Of a DNA stretch of 33,040 nt, positions 26,237-33,040 are shown piece by piece; the first letter of the stretch is position 1; every line of letters starts with the position of its first letter. Origin of the DNA: Welwitschia mirabilis. Its lineage: Eukaryota. Location of the stretch: positions 15,173,023 through 15,206,062 of the forward strand of contig JBOZIK010000001.1 in assembly GCA_051453625.1 (NCBI GenBank). The letters are read 5' to 3'. The notes below the pieces were generated by a model, which did not search any database, was not told the origin of the DNA, and worked only from the letters and a program-made list of their open reading frames with translations. The position numbers and the translations under genes were made by a program.

Positions 26237-27820
26237 TGTTGTAATGGCAATTTGTAGAAATTTGATGGTATATTTGGAGTACTTTTATAGGACATTTATA
26301 CATGTTTAGATGCAATTCTGCTAATTATGAAGAGATAATAGGATGATCACAAAAACATGTAGTTTTTGGCATAATTCGAGGANNNNNNNNNNNNNNNNNN
26401 NNNNNNNNNNNNNNNNNNNNNNNNNNNNNNNNNNNNNNNNNNNNNNNNNNNNNNNNNNNNNNNNNNNNNNNNNNNNNNNNNNNNNNNNNNNNNNNNNNNN
26501 NNNNNNNNNNNNNNNNNNNCTTGCTTATCTCAATAGTAACATGGATTAGAGGTTAGAGCTAATCAAAAATCCTTTTCTATGGAGGTGTTATTCCCATTAT
26601 CCTTCCCATGACATGAGGGACAATGAAATAATTGGAGCCAACTATTGGGTTAATTGTAGATTTAATAGCTATTAAATTATTTATTGTTATGGGATTTCAT
26701 CCCCATTGTCATCTCCATGACAGTCAGGATGACAAATGTTTTATATCAGTGGGGCTGAATGATCTTAAAATGGGGTCATGCACCGCACTTAGGTTACTAG
26801 GTTTTTCTTCTCCAAGTTCTAGGGTTATGATTTTATAACTTTTANNNNNNNNNNNNNNNNNNNNNNNNNNNNNNNNNNNNNNNNNNNNNNNNNNNNNNNN
26901 NNNNNNNNNNNNNNNNNNNNNNNNNNNNNNNNNNNNNNNNNNNNGATAGCTATTTCTCTATGGTTGAAAACATTATCTTTGTAATGTGGTCAAGCAACTC
27001 ATTTAGACTATTAGGATTTCATTTTTGACTTCTCAGGTTGAGTTTCTAAAACCTCAATGCAAAACTATAAATACCATTTTCCTTCTTAATTTTTGTTTCC
27101 ATCTTTTATACTTGATATACTTGTGATAGAAGATTGAAGGATAAGAGGTCCATTCAGAGTTATAGAAAGGAGTTTCATTGGTGTTAGGATGAGTCTCTTC
27201 CATTGAGGTTCTGTTATTTTATTTGTAAGTAGATGTAAAGTTATTGAGTTAATCCAAATAGTCTTTTAAATCAATACAATTTCTACTTCATTTTCATACT
27301 ATATGTCCCTTATGGTTTATATTAATCATAATTTAAAGTAATAACTTTATGATTTATCTAGATCATAAGGGCAACCTTTGTTAAAGTTAACATTAATTAG
27401 TATTAAATTTGCATTGCTTTTTCATTTCTTTTTACTTTACATTTTATAATTTACTTGATAGATCTCATAGTTTACATTGATTAAGAACTAGTTGAATACT
27501 CTTCTTAATTGATCTAAGTTATAGAGAATCTATTCCTTGTGACAGAAGGACTAAGAACCAAGAGAGTTCATTCCATATCTATTTGCATTTCATTTTTATT
27601 CACTTGCATTACATTTACTTATTTATTTACTTTTAGTTTTTATAAGATAAAAGAACAAAACGTATGGGGAATCAATTTTCTAACTCTTAGCCTAGTTTTT
27701 TTATCTAGATTATGATATTCAAGTGAACTCTCATCTATACTAGTGTGTTTTTTCTACAAGTTATTTGATTTATAGGTTTACCTAAAGAACTTAAAAATTT
27801 CATAAATTCACATTATAACA
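26237..27820 (+). repeat. 5' LTR of element D (two N gaps)
   Basis: TGTTGTAATG...CATTATAACA. Homologous to 32-1468 and followed by a PBS. Confidence 0.9.
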
Positions 27821-27823
27821 TTT

Positions 27824-27841
27824 TGATGTCATTACCGAGGA
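27824..27841 (+). promoter_or_regulatory. Primer-binding site (decayed tRNA-Asp type) of element D
   Basis: TGATGTCATTACCGAGGA differs from TGGCGCCGTTGCCGGGGA only by C>T/G>A changes. Confidence 0.72.
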
Positions 27842-28390
27842 AAATCGCAAGGAGCTCAAGAATTATCATTAATATTATGAGTACCTTAAATCTTTTATTC
27901 AGATCATTTATTTGAATTAATGATATATTTCTAGTATAGTTTAAAGTAGGTTTACTTACAAAAAATTCTATTTTTCATAATTTTTTAGGGACCCTTTCAT
28001 TCTCTCTGTCATCTAAACAACATTGGGAATGATAGTTATGAAATTTATATATTAGTTCTTATTTTCATAATTTTTTTTGTTTTTAGTTCAGTAATAAAAA
28101 TACTGTCATCTTTTCTGTTGTCCCCATGATAAGTAGGATAATAACTCTTTTTGCCAATCTTTTTTTTTTTTAATTTCATAATTTTATTTTCCATAAGTTT
28201 AAATAAATTATTGCTTTAATAGTTATCCTCATGACACTCTAGATGGTAGTCTAGTTTTTCTAGCAGTATATTTTTATAGTTTTGTATTTTGATTTATGTG
28301 ATCATCATCCTTCTTATCCTCTCCACAAGATGGATGATGGTCTATTATTTTTTATTTTGATTTTTTATTTGTTGCTTGAGCATGCAAGAA

Positions 28391-30100
28391 TATGATGAAT
28401 TCTAGTAGAAAGATGAAATATCAAAGGAAGAAGAACTTAATTGAAGAAAGTATTAGAGCAGGATTATTCAACTTCGAATAAAATCTAGGTACATACATCA
28501 TAGGTATGCAAGTTCTAAGAATTTTTTTCCTTATTATATAATCAAAATTTTATTTTCTTCTATAGTCATTTTTTTAGTTATTTTTATGATAGTTAAAATA
28601 AAAAACCATTACACATCTTTTAAGTATTAAGAACCAATAATTTTGATAAAATGATAAAACATCTAGAGAGGGAAACTTAATCTTCATTATGTAATTATCT
28701 TCCTTACCATCTTGAATTACAATCATCTTGTTTCATTCTTCTCACTTACTTTAATGAATAGTAATAGAAGGACCATTGCGAAACTTTTTTCTAAAAGGAG
28801 AAGAAACTTGCAAAATGCTAAAGAAACTGGTAAGAAAACACTTTAAGAAGTTTTTGCTAAAAGAGGGAGACTATCACAAAATAATGTTAAGAATAGGAAT
28901 TGTGTCCCTTCCTCTTTTCCATCTTCTTATTCTTTCTCATCTTCTTTTCAAACCTTATGTAGAAATGATAATGAAAATTTTTCATATTTTAGGATTCCAC
29001 CTCATTTAGACAAACTTCTTACAATCCTTTTTATCAATCCCAACCATTTCCCATGAATTACTATGAAGAAGCACCATCTCCCATGATCTACTATGAGGAA
29101 GAAAATGATCAAATAAAAGATGTAATTAATGAAATGAAGAAAATCCAAGAACATATCAATGACTAACTCAAAAAGATCAATTAAAACCTAGAAAAATTAG
29201 TTAAAATCTTATAACAAATATTATTATAGAATCAAGGATCTTTTACAATACAACATCCTCACAACTATCCTACTTTATCATACCTTAAGGAAATGAAGAA
29301 AACTTAGAAACAAATGATGATGATTCTTACTTTCAACTTGAAGATAAAATTGCCAATCAAACTTCAATATCCTACTCATTAATAGATAAGCAAAAGGGAG
29401 ATCATAATAACACAACTCAATATTTCAACAATTCGGATGATGATTACCATTCATTAGATGATGATATTGAGATATTAGATTATATACCTACCATTCATTT
29501 ACTATTAGACAATTAAGATGAGGAATTTAATCATTAGAAAATTGAAAACTTTTTAATCAATCATGAAGATAATGCTCTTATTTCTCTTAATAATCTTTTC
29601 AACGAATCCAATAATTTAGAAAATAAACACCATATTCAACATAATAAGGGAGATATAGTAACCAAAAATAATGAGAAAAGTGAAATGACAACCCAACAAC
29701 ATAATATTAAAGACAATAATGAAAACACCAAGTACAATGAAGGACCCCTAGAGATTCATTCAAATTTCATAGAGTATAAGCTTTTTCTATCTACCATACC
29801 TCTACATCTTTTCCACTTATGCCTTCATGTGAAATTTCAAATCACATCATTCCTTATACTTCTAATTCCACTTTTACATTACCTTATGATTTTAATAATG
29901 ATTATCTTTCTCCATCTCTTCTAATTACACCTTTATATAATTCTCAAGTTCATGTTTCTTTCCTTAACTCTCATAACACCCATTATTTTGAAGAGTCTAT
30001 TTCTCCTATCTCTTAATTACTTCCTTTTAAATATTCATGTGATCCTCAAAGTAACATTCATTCTTTTTCTATCAAGTCTACTTTATCTTATGCTTCTAAT
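28391..30100 (+). pseudogene. Diverged gag-related / acidic Asn-rich coding remnant of element D
   Basis: MMNSSRKMKYQRKK is shared with A (MLNFGKKMKYQRK). LVKIL*QILL*NQGSF and DDDIEILD echo A's LVNVLQQIML..PQGSI and DDDVEILN. The remaining sequence has no counterpart in A or B that I can see. Confidence 0.5.
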
Positions 30101-30249
30101 GATTATTCTTTTCAAACGTTTGACTTAGAANNNNNNNNNNNNNNNNNNNNNNNNNNNNNNNNNNNNNNNNNNNNNNNNNNNNNNNNNNNNNNNNNNNNNN
30201 NNNNNNNNNNNNNNNNNNNNNNNNNNNNNNAAACGTTTGACTTAGAATA

Positions 30250-30800
30250 TATTGGAATTCTAAATTGGGGTAAGCCTTATCTACTTGATCATAATTCATG
30301 CTTATAGTTGAATCTTAAGAAGCTTCTCAATCTTATTCAACATTCTCAAAATGCCTAAAAAACATCTTGGCTTTATTATTTGAGTAATAACTTGAATGAA
30401 CTATATAATGAAACTCATGCTTTATACTATTTTCATAAGAGATTTTTTGTTAATAGAATTTATCATTTGTTTATCTCTTATTTCTATTTTGAAAATTGTG
30501 CTATCAAAGTTTTATCATTTTACTATTTTTACCTCTAATTGATTTTAGTCTAAAATGATTGCATATTTTTTATGTTTTATCAATTGGTTTCTATTTGGTT
30601 TGGTTCTTATTTTTCCAAAAAATATAATACCTAAGTGTACTTTTTACATAACTAGTTGAACTTCTCAATGCTTGGGTCTTTATCTTTTAGAAAAAGTACA
30701 TATTTAAATGGATTTATTGAAACCTTTAATCTAAACACTTGGGAAATATAAAAGTTAATGGATAGAAAGTTAAAAATCATTAAAATATCTATCAGTTAAC
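30250..30800 (+). pseudogene. Integrase C-terminal remnant of element D
   Basis: LGLYLLEK..NGFIETFNLNT..KVNG*KVK corresponds to KWLGPYFIENVHLNGLVKTSKLNT of A and B. The left boundary is uncertain. Confidence 0.65.
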
Positions 30801-33007
30801 CTTAAACTTGATAGGAGCACTTGTGTTGGAATATTTCCTCCCACCATTATCTAAATTTTTCCTGAGCTAATTCCTTTAATAAACACCATGTTATTACTTG
30901 ATCATATTTAACTTGATTAATGTTTTACTTTATAAAGCTATCATGGTTAGTAAATCTTTTACTTAAGCATTTTACATGATAAGATTGACTTCATCCAATC
31001 TTTAGACATTTGCATGCCTATGAACTTCATTTTGAAGAAAGATGCCTTTGTTATTTTGTTCTCTTTCAATGGTATAAGTAATTAGTTATTTTAAGCTTAT
31101 TTTTTCTAGTTATTCATATCATCACTTCACTTTTATCCTTATGAGTATTTGGTTATATAAATCAATCTTAAAAAAAAGGAAAAAAAGAAATAAAAAAGAA
31201 TGAAAGATAAGAAAGAAAGAAAAACAAGAAATAAAGGTCATGCTCTTTCATGTTATATCTTAAAACATGGCCCCCATGATGTCTTACCATAAGTGCACTG
31301 GGGAAAATATTCCCAGGAGGGGCCTTTGATAATGTGATATGGTAGTTGTGGAAACTCTATTGAGGCGTTAGTTGGCCGTGCTATCTAGTTCCTTACTCTT
31401 CTTATAGTGATTACACTACTCTCATTATAATAAAATAAAAATTTACTTAAAGTCTATGATATTAGTGATGTCCCTAGTCTCATTAGAGGCATTGCTTGTT
31501 TTCTAGACTTATTTTCATTACTTGTTTATAATACTTCCATATGATCACTTTAGTTTTTTAGATTATAATGTTGTTTTGAGATGATAGCTTGTAAGTTTCT
31601 ATTCTAAATAACATTTTATTTTATCATTTATTTTTTGATAACACTAGTCATACCTGACATTATCATAATCATTGCTTGTTGGAGTGGAAATTTATGAATT
31701 TTTACATTATGTCATGCATCATTATCAAGTGATTTTATGATTTCTAAGAAGGGACTTTACTAGCGTGGTATTTTGGGTAGGTAAGAAATCTTCTTTATAT
31801 TTCTAGTTTTCATTTTCATGATTTTTTTCTTAGTTGTTTTGTTTGGGATTTTCAAAGTTATTACAGTACCTTTTTTCACATTATAATTAGGACCTGATCA
31901 TTTGATAATTCTCTATTTGTATTTTTATTTTCACTCATAGGTTTTATTTATAAGGGTTATTTTTCTTTTAATTACTTTCCCTTGATGCATTTCTTTCACT
32001 TTGATTATTGTGTTCCTTTTGTTTTATGCTAATGTTTTTCTCTTTAGCTTTTGGTTTTTCATACATCCACTTATAAATCTTAAATCTTCATAGAGTTTGG
32101 GATACATTTTTGGAATGCTTCTAAGCCTTGCTTTCTTATACTTAATGCATTCTTAGGTCTCATAATCCTTTTTCTTCATGGTCATGCTTTTCAAGATGAT
32201 TCTTCACTTCCTACCTTTCTTTTGTTTTTTTCCTTCTTTTTCACTACATGCTTATTGTTAAAATCTTTTGGATTTTTCCTAATCTATCAAAACATCTCAT
32301 TTGAACACTATCATATTATGTCTATCATCCTTCATAATAGATAGGATGATAGTCATCCTTTTTACTTTGTGTAATTCAGGATGTCTTGCTTTTCCTATGA
32401 GGGTGGCAAGACATCTTTTTAAGCTTTCTTTGAAGATATTAATCGAAAAATTATAATTTTTAAATTTAAAAGAATTATTTTAATCTTTTATAATACATAT
32501 TTATGAATGAGTTATTTGGATATGATTTCATGTTACATGAAAACATTTCATAAACTTTATTTAGCAAGAGCAGTAGCTCACTCATAGAATTTTCTTACAG
32601 TAATGTTTAAGATCACCTAAAAGAAAAATGCTATATTTGCTCTTGTACTTTGCCTTTGTGGAAAACATTAATGAACTTTTTATGCATCATTCTTTGAGAT
32701 TATAATTGCTTAAGTTTTACACATCAGTTTTAGTATTACTTTATCAATTTATGCATATAAATTATCATTTTCTGACTATCATTATTATATTCTATGATTT
32801 ATTTATGTTTATAACATTTATGTCATCTATTATGATGTGTTTAAGTAGGGGGCTTAGAACTATAGTAGTAATTATATCATTTAATGAATTTTTTTAATCT
32901 ATTCCTGCATCATAAAATAGAACTCAATTCTATTTCTCTAAATTGATAACTATTTTAGTCAAATTGGCTAGCAATATAGTTGAACACTTACTTTGTCAGG
33001 GACTGAT

Positions 33008-33023
33008 AAGGATAAGTAGGGGG
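33008..33023 (+). promoter_or_regulatory. Polypurine tract of element D
   Basis: AAGGATAAGTAGGGGG, 3 nt before the LTR start. Confidence 0.85.
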
Positions 33024-33026
33024 CTC

Positions 33027-33040
33027 TGTTGCGATGCCAA
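33027..33040 (+). repeat. Start of the 3' LTR of element D (truncated by window end)
   Basis: TGTTGCGATGCCAA matches the LTR start consensus and follows a PPT. Confidence 0.8.

Larger units (their letters stand above)
26237..33040 (+). mobile_element. Non-autonomous (pol-deleted) Athila-like element D; 3' LTR runs off the window
   Basis: 5' LTR, PBS, a 5.2-kb internal region with no recognisable PR/RT/RH, a PPT, and the start of the 3' LTR TGTTGCGATGCCAA at 33027. Confidence 0.85.

Noticed and set aside
27990..28342. Palindromic repeats with spacers resembling a CRISPR array
   Set aside because: Units are highly degenerate, spacing is irregular, spacers are low-complexity, there are no cas genes, and the context is a eukaryotic retrotransposon leader.

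Overview
AT-rich (under about 30% GC, judged by eye) eukaryotic DNA, most likely plant heterochromatin, from a gapped draft assembly. It contains no intact host gene and is almost entirely a nested stack of decayed LTR retrotransposons. One Ty3/gypsy family with Athila-like features (TG...CA LTRs of about 1.2-1.4 kb, decayed tRNA-Asp PBS, gag-PR-RT-RH-INT, about 2 kb non-coding 3' region, no visible env) occurs at least five times. Element E: 3' LTR at 32-1468 (+). Element A: full length at 6329-17147 (-), with a perfect AGTAG target-site duplication, inserted into the RT of element B. Element B: about 2967-22595 (-), 3' end not visible. Element C: 3' LTR plus 3' region at 24534-26236 (-). Element D: 26237 to beyond 33040 (+), a pol-deleted non-autonomous derivative inserted into C. 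B and C flank and interrupt an older Ty1/copia pol (INT then RT, 22596-24533, +). There is also an orphan RT-RH fragment at about 2084-2866. All coding regions are pseudogenised, mostly by C>T/G>A transitions. I found no convincing new biological system. The most notable items are the non-autonomous derivative with its rearranged ORF, a hairpin-like ~40-nt motif repeated through the LTR and leader, and a conserved 3' non-coding block. Domain boundaries are approximate and translations were done by hand.
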